From NCBI RefSeq assembly GCF_963921235.1, contig NC_086106.1, forward strand, positions 24,924,001 through 24,988,000: DNA of 64,000 nucleotides, in the 5' to 3' direction. Below the pieces are notes generated by a model, which was not told the origin of the DNA, did not search any database, and saw only the letters and a list, made by a program, of their open reading frames with translations. This document shows positions 34,008 through 47,580 of the stretch, piece after piece. Source of the DNA: Mobula hypostoma (taxonomy: Eukaryota). The translations under genes were made by a program, and so were the position numbers. Positions within the stretch are counted from its first letter, which is position 1; the number at the start of each line of letters is the position of its first letter.

Positions 34008-35872
34008 GTAGATTAGATTAGATTAAACTATATTGTTATTATGCCGAGTACAGATACAAAGCCAATGAAATGCAGTTAGCATCTGACCAGAAATGCAAAG
34101 AATAGTGTTACTTAGAAATTAACTGCGAATAAAAAGTAAGTGCTACAGCACACAAATATAAAAGTATTGAGACAGTACAATATGGGTACATTACTGCTTA
34201 GAGCTGTAATGTGAAGTTCAGCAGGGTCACAGCCTCAGGGAAGGAGCTCTTCCTGTGCCTCCCGGTGCGGGAGCGGAGGGTCCTGTAGCGCCTACCGGAT
34301 GGGAGGAGTGTAAAAAGTGCATGGTTAGGGTGAGATGCTTCCAGGATAATGCATTTTGCCCTGCCCAGACATGTGTTTATGGTTAATATGCTCACTGGTG
34401 GGCAATTGGGTGCTGATAATCCGCTGGGCAGTTTTCAGCACACGCAGGCGTGCTTTGTGGTCCGATATCAGACAATTGCCATACCACACAGAAATGTTAT
34501 GGGTGAGTATGTTCTTAATGGTACAGGGGTAAAAGTCCGTCAGTATCCGGGGGCAGAGTTGAGCTTCCTTGATGCTCCACAGGAAATAAGGCGCTGTTGT
34601 GCCTTTTTGATCAGGATGGCGGAGTTCAGGGACCAGCTGAGATCCTCGGAAATGTGGAAACCAGGGAATTTGAAGCTTGATACACGCTCCACTACAGATC
34701 CGATAGGGAGGTGAGAGTGGCTCCTAGCATGCCTGAAATCCACAACAATCTCCTTAGTCTTCTGGGTGTTGAGGGCCAGGTTGTTGTCGGCACACTACGC
34801 AGCCAGGTGCCGGACCTCGTCCCTGTAGGCCGTCTCGTCATCCTCTCTGATGAGGGGAAACACCGTGGCGTCTTCCGCGAAGTAGATTATGGAGTTAGGA
34901 CCATGTACAGGAACGCAGTCATTGGTGAAAAGGGAGTACAGAAGAGGGCTCAGCACATATCCTTGAAGCACGCCAGTGTTAAAGGTGAGAGTGGAGGAGG
35001 AGTGGTTGTCTAACTTAACTGATTGGGGTCTGTTAGTCAGAAAGTCCATGGTCCAGTTACAGAGGGATGAGCTGATACGAAGCTGGCGAAGTTTTGCGAT
35101 CAGCTTGGAGGGGATCACAGTATTGAATGCAGAACTAACGTCAATGAAGAGCATTCTGACGTAGGAGTCGTGGTTTTCCAGGTGCGTCAGGACAGAGTGA
35201 AATGGATTGGAAATGGCATCCTCTGTAGACCTATTGGTGCGATAGGCAAATTGATGGGGGTCCAAGGTAGCGGGCAGACAGGATTTCAGATGTGATAAAA
35301 CCAGTCTTTCAAGTCACTATTCAATGATGGTGGTGAGTGCAACCGGACGGAAGTCATTCAGGCCCGTGGCAGTGGAATGCTTTAGGCACTGACACGATCG
35401 TGACGTTCTTGAAGCTTGTAGGGACAACTGTCTGGGCCAGGAACAGATTAAAATGTCAGTGAAGACCTCTGCCAGCTGCTCTGCACAGACTCTGAACACA
35501 GGGCCAGGTATTTCATCCGGATCATTTGCCTTCCGTACATTCAGCCTGCTCAGTGTGGCGCAAACTTTGAAGTTGGAAAGTGAGAGAGGCAGTTCATCCG
35601 GTGGGAGATCCGCGTTGAAGGTGACCTTCTTCCTTTCTCGGTCAAAGCGTAGAAGTAATTGAGCTCAGCAGGGAGGGAAGCAGAGCTGGAAGGGGTCTCA
35701 GTACCAGGTGGTTTGAAGTCTCTAATGATCTGTATGCCATGCCACATGCGCCGGGGGTCCGAGGAGTTGAAATATTCCTCGATTCTCTGCTTATATATGT
35801 GTTTAGCCTCAGAGATTCTCCTCCTCAGGTTGGCCCTGGCTGAGCTGTAACCCTCCCGGTCTCCAGACCTGC
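34008..35872 (-). mobile_element. Rex1/Babar-like LINE (RT and 3-prime end)
   Basis: [61 protein letters not shown]; tagat-repeat tail. Confidence 0.9.
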
Positions 35873-36259
35873 AGGCTGAATCTGATAGTAATAGATGAAG
35901 GAATACTGACTTGCTCTAACTTTATCCACATATTAAACATGTTTTCCTGTTTTTGAGAGTTCTTAGGATAGAATGCTTCCGCAAAACAGAAAATGAAACA
36001 GTTACGAGGCGCACTTTAGAGGTCCCTTACTTTTCATTTTCCAGATCTGCCTGAATTTATTCCTTACGTGAAAAGGATACATGCTATCTGTGTATTAAAG
36101 TTGCGCCATCATCATCCATTGGAGTCATTATAGGAGAGAAAGCAACAAATATTTCTGCGAAAACATTCTCGTATGCCCGATTAATATTAGATTAATTTCA
36201 TTGTATTAGCTAATCCACTGTTTATTCTGCAGAGTTCCTTAACAATTATTTTTTTTTTC

Positions 36260-37200
36260 ATTCTCGCGTGTCCGTTGCACTCTGGCACTCGCTCTGCATA
36301 GTACAATGGTCTGTAATAGATTGGAACATATTATCGGGAATATGATGAAGAGCATGAACTATTCTTCGCACAGCACAGATGCTGTCTGACCTTGCGGATG
36401 TTTGTTTCAACTTCACTTTCCTTTCTGATACTGAGGACACGGTATGTTGTTTTTTGCAAGAGGTTTACATTGAAGTCTACAACGCCACTAACTTTGAACG
36501 CGTTGTCGTACACGTCGCAATGCGGTGCCCTTGAACGGGATCCTATTTAGAGATGTACAAAGAATCAAACACGTAGAATTACTAGAATTCATAATAAAGA
36601 ATGTCCCTCAGAACGTACCGTTTGTCACTTTACAGGCACAGATTGACCCCAGTCCGTTCGACGTCTGTTCATCTTTGACATCATATGCACAGTATAAAGA
36701 TCGGTGTTTTTTTCCATAAATGATTTCATATTCAGTTGAGAAAGTTTTTGCATCAGAGTATGATGATATGTGAGATATTGCAGCTCCAGGCGTGGTGGAG
36801 TGCACTTTGCAAGTCCATGTTATCGAAAGCGTCACCGTTTGAAAACATCACCTGTTTAGGTGCTTGCTGATAGTCAAACCATGGAGGATTGGCTTCAGTA
36901 GAATTGATTTGCATTTATCCACTATGCCTCTCTGAATGTGGATTTTCTTTACTTCCGATACGCCAATATTTTATGATAATTTTAAAAAAGGCTGTAATCT
37001 TGCCGATTATGAACGACACACACAATAGCCCAAGGCCAAGACGTTGCATTCCACTGTTCCTAAAATGCGAGATTTGCTTTCTAATGTCTGCGGTTTGAGT
37101 GTCATTAATCAAAACATGTGGGAAACATCCCCTGGGAGGGAACGACATCCTACCCTGCTGAACAGTCGCAAGGTACAAGATTTCGTTCTGTTTTTATCTG
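36260..37200 (-). mobile_element. Ancient L1/Tx1-like RT relic
   Basis: Ordered fragments DAFDN (KAFD), SF..DLYT, HRIA..VYDN (YADD) and SGVVDFNVN spread across frames. Confidence 0.4.
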
Positions 37201-38719
37201 TTTATTTCTGAGTCTCGACCTCAGAAAATACTGCGTGACAACATGATTTTAATTAGGCGGGAAATTTGCTGCTTAATCTCAACATTCTGGGCAAAGAGAT
37301 ATTGATTTATATCCCGACATTTCTCTCCACTAATATCCATCGATCCTTTATATTGATCAGCTTGATCATCGGGAGTTTGCAGACCAGGTTTACGAGAGAA
37401 AAGTACTTCATTAATTACGAGATTTGTGATTTGTGTTTGCAATGAACAGTCCGGGTGAGCAAATTAATTAAACTTTGCTGCCATCTTGTGCAATATGTTT
37501 TCTCTGTTCCTGGCGATGCTACATGAAAGTAATGTCTCCCTCAGTGCATATACGCAAACAATCGCCACTTCCATCCGCCTAAGTAATTGTTAATTTATTC
37601 AGAGAAACGCTACGTTCATAGGCAGCATGTGAATACGTCAGAATACAATTCGCCGTGCTGAGTGCTTTTGAAATGTTTGCCACAATCTTCCATTCGGGAG
37701 AGGCCTCCTCCTCCAAACCAGTAATTACTGACTTGGGTTTTGTAATCCACGCCCTTAATTAAGGTCACAAAACGGCGCAGATTTGACCGTTACACCGTTG
37801 CGCTCATATCTCACCTATGCTGCAGCTCGGCTAATGATTGTTAAAGCGTTAATATCTAGTGTGGCTATATGTGATTCTTCCACGCAACAGGATCCAGGGA
37901 GGTGAAAGGGGACATGCATTCTTGGCATTTCTCTTGCATCAGAGGATTAATCCGATTGGTGGCAAAGATAACCCCCACGAAATGACTGTTTTCGTCTATC
38001 AAAGTATATTCCTCTAAAGTCGACAAGAATTTAATTTACAGAATAGTTCCGGACCTCCCTTGAAATGGCGCAGTTCTGTCTGTTCAGTATATTTGGGTTC
38101 AGTATGGTTCAAGGCACGGAGGTATACGACAGTATCGTGGTCTTTAGAACGTTAAACTCCACGCTCTCACAAACACAAATACAATGCAAAGCAGATTGAG
38201 TTGTTAGCGCCGCTACTCCTTTGAACACTCTTGCTCTAATTCAATGCAGATATTCAGGGGAACGGATCATACCGTGGACATATGGGTATATAATGATTGG
38301 TTATAATCAGACGCCACTATTATAATCACTGCATTTCAGAGGTAGTGGAGTATAAGAGAGGGATAAGTAGCAGAATGATATACTCCCAATCGTATCAATA
38401 GTGGGTTGATGGCAGTTTTTCACTACCAGTTCAAAAGTGGACATCTCATTGCGACACCACTAGGTAGTGATCAGAATTGTCTGATCTTCTTCAACCCATG
38501 ATATTCTCATACTCGTGGATTGCTTTTCCGGTGCCTACTAGATGATCAGGGTAAATGTACTAAATATGTCGTCGCCATGGGCATTCAACTCTTATTTTGG
38601 ATGAGCAGACACGAAAAAAAAAAGATAAATGGACCCTGAAGGAAATTTCACTCATCCATTCCTACTGGATTCTCAGCAATAGTGCAATTCATGAGTTTCC
38701 ACTTTCCTCGGATATTAAC

Positions 38720-38765
38720 CAACAACAAAAACAACAACAACAACAACAGCGACGACGACGACGCC
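38720..38765 (+). repeat. Compound (CAA)n(CGA)n microsatellite
   Basis: Directly visible. Confidence 0.9.
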
Positions 38766-40613
38766 AAAACGATGAAGTTTTTTTAGGAGATACAGATTAC
38801 AATTTTAATGCTGACGACGTGGGGAGAGGTTAGTCGACAGTTGTGAAGGAAAGCACCGGCATAAAATGTTCTACGATGTGTTGTTTTTGTGCACAGTGTA
38901 AAGCTTATTAACCCTGATGCAATTTGTTACAAAGAATCTGCTCCAATATTTTACGGAATTAGAGACACTGAAACAGGTCGATAGTTCATAAACTTTAAAG
39001 TGAACAGTGTTATAAGGAAAATAATCAATAAACGCTCGGCCTAATTGGGTTGTTATCTAAAACTCACTAATGGGAAACGAGGCCTACACTGCGGCTGAAA
39101 AGGAAATCTAAACATTATCAGCATTCCGCTTGTCGTCAGAGCCAGTTGACTCGAAAGTCCGATTTCTCACAGAACAGCGAAAGCAAATAGGCAGCGAAGC
39201 TTTGCTGTAGTCTGTCCAAGTCTCGGTAAGCAGTAGGACTGCAAGTATGGAGTTAAGTACTATCACGTTTAAATTCTAATCTGGAATACCCCAGTGGCTG
39301 TGCCGCTTGACAATAAGTACTCCTGTCTGAGTACTGTTGGTGGGGGGCGGGTGGCGGGAAACAGCTTACCTAAGGGAACCAACAATGGCCGTGCCTCCGG
39401 CACAGTGTCTGGCCCTGTAGCTCAGAAGGGTAGGGAAAGGAACACCAGGACAGTAGTACTGGGGACAAGATATTTAATGGGTCAGATAGGCGATTCTGTG
39501 GAAGCAATCAGGACTCCCGGAAATTAGTTTGCTTCGCTGGTGCCAGGGTCCGGGATGTTTCTAATCGCGTCCAAGATATCATGAAGTGGGAGGGTGAGGA
39601 GCCAGAGATCGTGGTAGTTATAGATGCCAATTACATAGGTACGAAAATGGAAGAGGTCATGAAAGGACAATGTATGGAATTAGGATGGGAGTTGAGAAGA
39701 AGGACCGCAAAGGTAGTAATCTCAGGATTTCTGCCTGTGACACGCGACAGTGAGATTAGGAATGGAATGTGGTGGAGGACAAATGCGTGGCTTACAGATT
39801 GGAGCAGGGGTCATGGATTCAAGTTTCTGGATCATTGGGACCTCTTTTGGCGCAGGTGTGACCTGTACAAAAAGGACCGGTTGCACTTGAATCCTGGCGG
39901 GACAAATATCCTGGCAGGGAGATTTGCGAAGGCTACTGGGGAGACTTGAAACTAGAATGCTTGGGGGGTGGGAATCAAATTGAAGAGACGAGAAGAGAGG
40001 AGGTTAGTTCATAAATAGGGGAAGCTAGTAGACTGTGTGTGAACGAGGATAGGCAGGGGACAGAGAACGAGGGCACTCAGACCGAAAATGTAGTCGAGAA
40101 GGTAGAAGAAGATAACAAAGTTGTTGGCACCATTAGGGATAAACAGAGTGTAAGAGGTGGAGACTTTCTTAAATGCATCTGTTTTAAAGCTAGGGGCATT
40201 GTAAGAAAGGTGGATGAGCTGAGGGCATGGGTTGATACCTGGAAATATGATGTTGTAGCTGTTAGTGAAACATGGTTGCAGGAGGGGTGTGATTGGCATC
40301 TAAATATTCCTGGATTTCGTTGCTTCAGGATTGATAGAATCCGAAGGAGCATGAGGGGCATGTATTGCATCGCTTGTCAAAGAAAATATTACCGCGGTGC
40401 TTTGGCAGGAAGGATTACAGGACACGTCTAGGGAGCCTATTTGGGTGGAATTGAGGAATTGGAAAAGTGTAATAACGCTTGTACGGGTGTATTACAGACC
40501 ACCTAATGGCGTGCGAGAATGGGAGGAGCAAATTTGTAAGAAGATAGCATATATTTGTAGTAAGCACAAGGCTGGAATTGTGGAAGATTCTAATTTTCCA
40601 CTCATAGACAAGG

Positions 40614-41569
40614 TGTGGCGTGGTCCTGAATTACCCCTATGAACTGTGCTCGATTACCCCTATGAATTNNNNNNNNNNNNNNNNNNNNNNNNNNNNNNNN
40701 NNNNNNNNNNNNNNNNNNNNNNNNNNNNNNNNNNNNNNNNNNNNNNNNNNNNNNNNNNNNNNNNNNNNNNNNNNNNNNNNNNNNNNNNNNNNNNNNNNNN
40801 NNNNNNNNNNNNNNNCTTGTTTTTAAGAGAGAGAGAGAGAAATGAAGACTGCTCATAGGTTGTTCATAATTTCTTCAAGGGTATTTGCCTGCTTATACAT
40901 TTCTTACACAAGCAAAGGAAGGAGGCGTTTTTTGAGAGACAGTTGATGCTCAGCAAGGGAAGATAAAGAGAAGGTCGGATGACATACCTCAGATACATGC
41001 TTTGGGACACTGAATGAACTTTGTTGTGCCCGCAGAAAAGTGGGTTTTTGGAGGATCGATCAGGCTGATTGATCAATGGCTCTTGCAGTGGAAAGGAAAA
41101 GGCAGTGACCAGTGAGGAGTTGTCCCCGTGTCCACCCTTGCCTGGTTGATAGTTCCACCACAGAAAGCCGGTCCTCTTTGCTGTGGTCACAGTCGGTGAC
41201 TTTTAAAGGATTTCGGTGGAAGACGAGAAGATCGACGGCGTCAGCTCACACGAAAACTCAAATCTCTCTTTCTCTCTCTCTCTCTTCATCAGTAATCCAA
41301 TGAATACCACAAACTAAACTGAACTTCACTCATCATCGTAAGACTGTATTTTTTTTACCCCTAAACATGAAGAAGCTTGATTTACATATATTTCCACACT
41401 TACTGATATACTTACTTATATATAATCATTACTAACATGTTTGGTTTATCTGCATTTATATTACGGTATTGCATAGTTACGAATAAATATTATTAGGTAA
41501 TAGCAATAATGGACTCCAAAGTGTTTTCCATCTAACTGGTTCTTTATTCCCTTCACGGGGTACGTGACA
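40614..41569 (+). mobile_element. Solo LTR in the CR1 endonuclease region
   Basis: TGTGGCGT...ACGTGACA termini (6/8 inverted); flanks caagg and ctggg resemble a decayed 5-bp TSD; splits the CR1 FPLID-WE codons. Confidence 0.7.
40669..40815. other. N run (147 nt)
   Basis: Directly visible; preceded by about two copies of attacccctatgaa. Confidence 0.99.
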
Positions 41570-42755
41570 CTGGGAAACCCATTCTGTGAAAGGGCTGGAT
41601 GTTTTGGAGTTTGTAAAATGTGCGCAAAATAGTTTTTTTGCAGCAATACCTACAGGACAAACTAGAGAAGGGGCAATGGTGGATCTCCTGTTGGGGGATG
41701 AGATAGGTCACGTGACGGGGGTATGTATTGGGGAGCACTTCGTGTCCAGTGAACACAATGCCATTAGTTTCAATATCATTACGGAGAAGGATAGGACTGG
41801 ACCCAGGGCTGAGATTTTGATTGGAGAAAAGCTAACCTTGCGGAGATGCGAATTGATTTAGAAAAGTGGATTGGGACAGCTTGTTTAATGGGAAGGATGT
41901 AATAGAGAAATGGATGTCATTTAAAGGTGAAATGTTGAGGGAACAAAATCTTTATGTTGCTGTTAGGTTGAAAGGAAAGTTTAACAGTTTGAGAGACCCG
42001 TGGTTTTCAAAGGATATTGGAAACTTGGTTCGGGAATATAAAAACAGAGAGATCCACAATAAATATAGGCAGCTTGCAGTAAATGAGGTGCTCGAGGAAT
42101 ATAAAGAATGTAAAAAGAATCTTAAGGAAGAAATTAGAAAAGCTGGAAGAAGATATGAGGTTGCTTTGGTAAGTAATGTGAAAATAAATCCAAAGGGCTT
42201 CTACAGTTATATTACTAGCAAAAGGATAGTGAGGGATAACATTGGACCTTTAGAGATTCAGAGTGGACGGCTATGTGCGGAGTCAAAAGAGCTGAGGGCG
42301 ATTTTGAACAATTTATTTTCTTCGGTTTTTACTAAGGAGAAGGATATTCAATTGTACAAGGTACGGGAAACAAGGAGGGTGGTTATGAAATCTATGACGA
42401 TTAAAGACGAGGAAGCCCTGGCGCTTTTAAGGTATATAAAAGTGGATAAGTCTCCGGCTGCTGACTGGATATTCCCTAGGACCTTGAGGGAAGTTAGTGT
42501 GGAAACAGCAGGGGCTCTGACAGAAATATTTCAAATGTCATTAGCAACGGGGATGGTGCCGGAGGATTGGCGTATTTGTCATGTTGTTCCCATGTTTAAA
42601 AACGGTTGTGAGTGTAAACCTAGCAATTATCGGCCTGTGAGTTTGATGTCAGTGCTGGGAAAATTAATGGAAAGTATTCTTAGAGATGGTATATATAATA
42701 ATCTGGATAGACAAGGTCTGATTAGAAACAATCAACATGGATTTGTGCGTGAAAG

Positions 42756-43765
42756 TGTCATGGTCAGGTCCGTGAAGTCTGTATTCCGGCTCACGGACTG
42801 GTCCATTGACCCTTGCTCCAGGTTTTTCTGTCTACCCTGGAACCACCCTGTACCTAGTTCCTTCCTGTTTCGTGCCTCCGTAGGGTAAGCCAGTCCGTCA
42901 CACTGTTACCTGCGGTTGGTTCTGTTCCTTCCTGTCCCTTGCCTCCGTCGGGTAAGCCAGGCCGTCTCGCCGTTACCTGCGGTTGGTTCTGTCCCTTCCT
43001 GTCCCATGCCTTCGTCGGGTTTTGAACCGCGCCCAGCCCAGGAGTATCGCGCCCTGACCAGGAGTACCGCTCCCTGACAAGCAGTACCGCGCCCTGACTC
43101 GGAGTATCGCGCCCTGCCCAGGTGAACGGCGCCCTGCCTCGGAGGAGCCTACCTAGCTTCAAGCCTGAAGACTCCAGTCTCCTGCCTAGCCTCAAGCCTG
43201 AAGCCTGCAGCCTCGCCTCAAGCCTCCGGCCTAGCCGCAAGCCTGAAGACTCCAGCCTACAGCCTCGTCTCAAGTCTACTGCCTTCAGCCTTGCCTCGCC
43301 TCAAAACTCACGCCTGCAGCCTGCCCCGCCTCAAGTATCCTGCCTCCAGCTTCGCCTCGCCCCAAGTCTCTGTCCTCCTGCTAAGCCTCGCTTCATGTCT
43401 CCTGCCTCCCCCAAGCCTCGCTTCAAGTCTCTTGCCTCCTGCCAAACCTCGCCTGAAGTCTCTCGGCTCAAGCCAAGCCTCCCCTCAAGTTTCTAAGACT
43501 CCAGCCTCGCCCTGCCTGCCAGTCAAGCCTCGTCCCGGCCTCGTTCTTGGGTCCGAGCCAGAGGCAAGACCCAGGTACTGGGTCCTTGTCCAGACTCTGG
43601 CTCGGAGTCGAAGCCCGGGCTCCGAGATCTTTTGTCCAGTCCTGTTCCGGGTTCCCGGTTTTCCTATCTATGTCGTTTCCATCGCCCTGTATCCTAGTCC
43701 TGTACCTAGTACTTCAGTGTCTGTGTCTTGCACTGCGGTCCGTTCCCAGCCACCGCTTCATGACA
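42756..43765 (+). mobile_element. Solo LTR with 5-bp target-site duplication
   Basis: TGTCATG...CATGACA termini; flanks GAAAG (42,751-42,755) and GGAAG (43,766-43,770). Confidence 0.85.
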
Positions 43766-44067
43766 GGAAGAGCATGTTTGACAAATCTTAATGAATTTTT
43801 TGAACAGCTTACTAGAAAAGTTGAAGAGGGTAAAGCGGTGCATTTTATCTATATGGACTTCAGTACGAACTTTGACAAGGTTCCACACGGAAGGTTATTT
43901 AGGAAGGTTCTATCGTTCGGTATTAATCTTGAATTAGCAAAATGGATTCAGCAGTGGCTGGATGGGAGACCCCAGATATTAGTGGTGGATAACTGTTTGT
44001 CACATTGGAGACCGGTGTCTAGTGGTGTCCCTCCCTCAGTGATCTGCACTGTGTCCAGTGTTGTTTG

Positions 44068-44107
<40 letters not shown>
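44068..44107 (+). repeat. (TA)n microsatellite
   Basis: Directly visible. Confidence 0.95.
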
Positions 44108-44110
<3 letters not shown>

Positions 44111-46671
44111 TGATCTTGGAGTATTGTGTACAGTTTTGGTCACTGAATTATAGGAAAAATGTCAACAAAATTGAGAGAGTAGAGGGAAGAATTACCAGAA
44201 TGTTACGTGGCTTTCATCTCCTAAGTTAGAGAGCAAGGTTGAACAAGCTGGGTATTAACACTTTGGAGCATAGAACGTTAAGGGAGGACTTGATAGAGGT
44301 ATTTAAAATCATGAGTGGGTAAGATAGAGTTGACGTGGATAGTTTTTTTTCGAGTGAGTGTGGGGGAGATTCAAACAAGAGGATATGAGTTGAGAGTTAA
44401 AGGGCAAAATATTAAGAGTAACATGAGTGGTAAAGTCTTTACTCAGAGACTGGAAAGAGCTTCCAGCAGAAGTGGTTGGGGCAGATTCGATGTTGTCATT
44501 TAAAGTTAAATTGGATAACGATATAGATAGGAAATGACTGCAGGGTGATGGGGTGAGTGCAGGTCGGTGGGACTAGGTGAAAGTAAGAGTTCGGTACGGA
44601 CTAAAAGATCCGAGATTGCCTGTTTCCGTGCTGTAATTGTTATATGGTTATACAGCTCATAATTAGCTGATACGTACAAATTCACTAGTACAATTGCTGT
44701 ATCTACCGCGCGGGCCAGTCATTGGTTTTGACACCCCAATTGAAAAATGGAGATAACAGATTTGATAAGTTTAAATCAAATGTATTATCAAATTGCGCAC
44801 GTCTCACATTTGTCCTTGACATTCTGATGTCTAATTTCCTTATTTGAGTCATCAGTGCATTGCAATGTATAACAATTATGATGCATTGCAATAAAAAGTG
44901 TATATATAATAAACAAAAAAATAGCTGTATAGAAAGTTAGCGGGGAGATACTAATGGACTGTATTGGGCTCATGGTCAACACGGAAATCTGACGGCAACG
45001 GGGAAACAACTCTTTCTGACAAGTTAAATGTGAGGACATATCCTCTCTGATGGTGGCTGGGGTGGAGTCTTCAGTGATTCATGCGGTCCTTTGGAAGTAT
45101 CGCCTTTTGAAGGTACCCTGGATGCCTGGGAGTGTTGTGTCAATGATGAAGCTTGCTGTGTTTAAAATGTTCTGCCGTTTGCTCCTGTGCAGCTGCCCCA
45201 CTATCCCAGACACAGATGCAACCAGTTATAATGCTGCCCACTGTTTATCTCTGGAAATTACCGTGAGTATTTGATGGAAACCAGTTTTCAAGTTTCATGT
45301 GACATTCCGCCGCTGTAATGCCTTCTTTATAATTGTGCCCAGTATAAATCCACAGTACTGTCAATAGTCACGCATTTGAAATTGCTCATCCTTTCATTTC
45401 TTTCCCCGATAACGTTTGGTTTGTCTTCCATCCGCTTCCATTCCTGAAGTTCAAAATGAATTTTGGTCTTACTAAGAGTACAGTCAAGTAGCTGATCTCT
45501 ATAGCTGCCATATGCCTCTTCGTCACTATCTGAAATTATGGAAACAATATTTTTTGGTCGTGAAATTTATCGATGGTGTTAGAGTTGAGCCAAGCCACAG
45601 CATCGTGCTTGTAGTAAGGGTCGATGATTGGGTATGGTTGAAGTGCGGCAATGTTGCTCGTCATCAAGGATGAGATGTATGTTATTTCCAATGCGTACAC
45701 CTGGTGGTCGCCCATTTAAGAGATCCAGTCCAGTTGCGCGGGGAGGTATTAACTCCCAGGTTTTGAGCGTATTGATTAAAGCTGAGTTCTGCTGATGGCT
45801 GAGCAGAAAGGCATCCCAAACCTGATTTTTTTTAAATACAAAATTAAATGTGAAAAGGAAGTCTTAAGTACCGGATGAAAAGTTGACACAACTGATTGTT
45901 TTATTCCCCAGACATTTTGTCTTATTTTCACTTGCGACAGAGTTGTGGTGACAATCATGAAACTATCAGGAAATATTTTTTTTCATTTTCCTAATTTAGA
46001 GACATTTGAGAATGTTGCAGATAAGGAATGCATCATTTGGATTTTACATGATTGAAACTTCAGTACAGATATAACTGTGTATCAGCAGAACTCATATCTT
46101 GAATGTGTTGATACCTGCATTTTGTACTAGATTTTCAGTAACTCTAGCCGTGGATATTCACATCTACCGTGAAGAAACATAAACACCTGCTGCAGCTCTT
46201 CTATTTCCGCCTTTGCATCATACTTGAATTGGGTAATATTTTTACGCAAAAAAAAGCAGAACGCTGTATAACAGCAGAGCTCGAGCTTGTTTAGCGGGCT
46301 CTTGTACATCTTCGTGTGCAGGTTGAATCTAGCAGACATCTGAGAAGAAGATAGAAAATATAAATTCTCCCATATTCCGTGGTTTACAAGATAACATGAC
46401 GCACTGGGAAAGCCCATCCCATAGATTGCCCAGTAAGCAGTGTCTACAAACACTCGGTGGCACTGGACACAACTGCACAAAATAAACTCTGGGCTTTCTT
46501 CATGTTTCAAAGACGACTACACAAATAATAAACGCAATCATCTTCTCAATAAATTCTTAAGTTATTCAGAGAAAAGCTAAATTCGCAGAAACCAATGGGA
46601 GACGAAAAAATATTGTGTGCCAGAAGTTTTAGCTCGTGTCTGATCTCTCTTATGTTCTGGATGATATCGAT

Positions 46672-47580
46672 CAAAGATGATTACTGACTGAGATTATCTC
46701 CTTTGTCGCATAGTTACTTCGTAACACTGCCTTTCATATTTCTGGCATCGTCTGACTCAATGTGTAAGCGCAGTTTGATGACAGTCTTCTCCAAGACGCC
46801 CTCCAGCTTCATCACCTTCGGTCACCGCCAAGCGTTACTTTGCAGATAAGGTTGACATACCAAGAATTTGATTCACTTTTTACATACCTTAACCGGTTGC
46901 GAGCTGACCTTTCGAATCCTGCACCACGTTTGAGAGCCTTTCTTTTCCGTATGTCACGGTTTTGATACTAGTGGATGTCTCTTGTGGTTGGTTGCTTCAG
47001 ACAGAGTTTGTTGTACTTTTAATCAGACAGTCCCTTTCCATTGTATGATTACAGAATTACAGAGTCGGGGAACGTTACTGTGAAGGTTAATTTCTCCTCG
47101 GTAACTTGTTTTTCACTGTGATAACCGACACTAATCTAAAACACTACTTTGAAACCGGAAGCTAGTCTAGAATTGTACTGCAATATTCGAACACACTCCG
47201 GCTACCTTTAATGACGCTTATTAAATTTAAGGTTGCAGTTTGTTCGAGCTGTTGATTGTGATTTCTTATTTATTTAAATGTTACACTGGGGTCATCAAAA
47301 CGCTGTGGTACAGTTGCTTTGTAAAACAACCTTCCAAATAAAAAAAAAGAACAATGTTTTCAATGTAACTTATCAAGGAGGTCGTGTTCATCCAGATATG
47401 TTCCGGAACAGACAACAACGACAAAAAATGTTGCGGATTCCAACAGAGAATGTAAATCTCAAAGCGACGGATCAGACCAATGGTACGACATAACAGCAAA
47501 ATATACATAACCATCCTTAGACTGACAATGTATCACAATAAATTTTGCACTGAACAAGAAAAGCGCTCTCCAGATTCCAC
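46672..47580 (+). pseudogene. Duplicate of relic A leader-V-D-J
   Basis: Paralog of 4,145-5,050; retains GAG TCG GGG..TAC TGT and CACTGTG at 47,114. Confidence 0.6.

Larger units (their letters stand above)
39250..44660 (+). mobile_element. Near full-length degraded CR1 LINE (ORF1 esterase, endonuclease, RT) interrupted by two solo LTRs
   Basis: ORF1 EPEIVV..KVVISGFLP..FLDHWDLFW..DRLHLN; endonuclease YDVVAVSETWL; RT KSPAADWIFPRTL..NYRPVSL..YMDFSTNFDKVPH. Confidence 0.9.

Noticed and set aside
36415-36465. GAGGACACGG..TTTGCAAGAG resembling an IgH V 3-prime end
   Set aside because: No RSS or upstream V motifs; the region fits better as a minus-strand L1-like RT relic.
38882-38937. TGTTTTTGT, CACAGTG and ACAAAGAAT cluster
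   Set aside because: The spacings (overlapping, or 30 nt) fit neither a 12- nor a 23-RSS.
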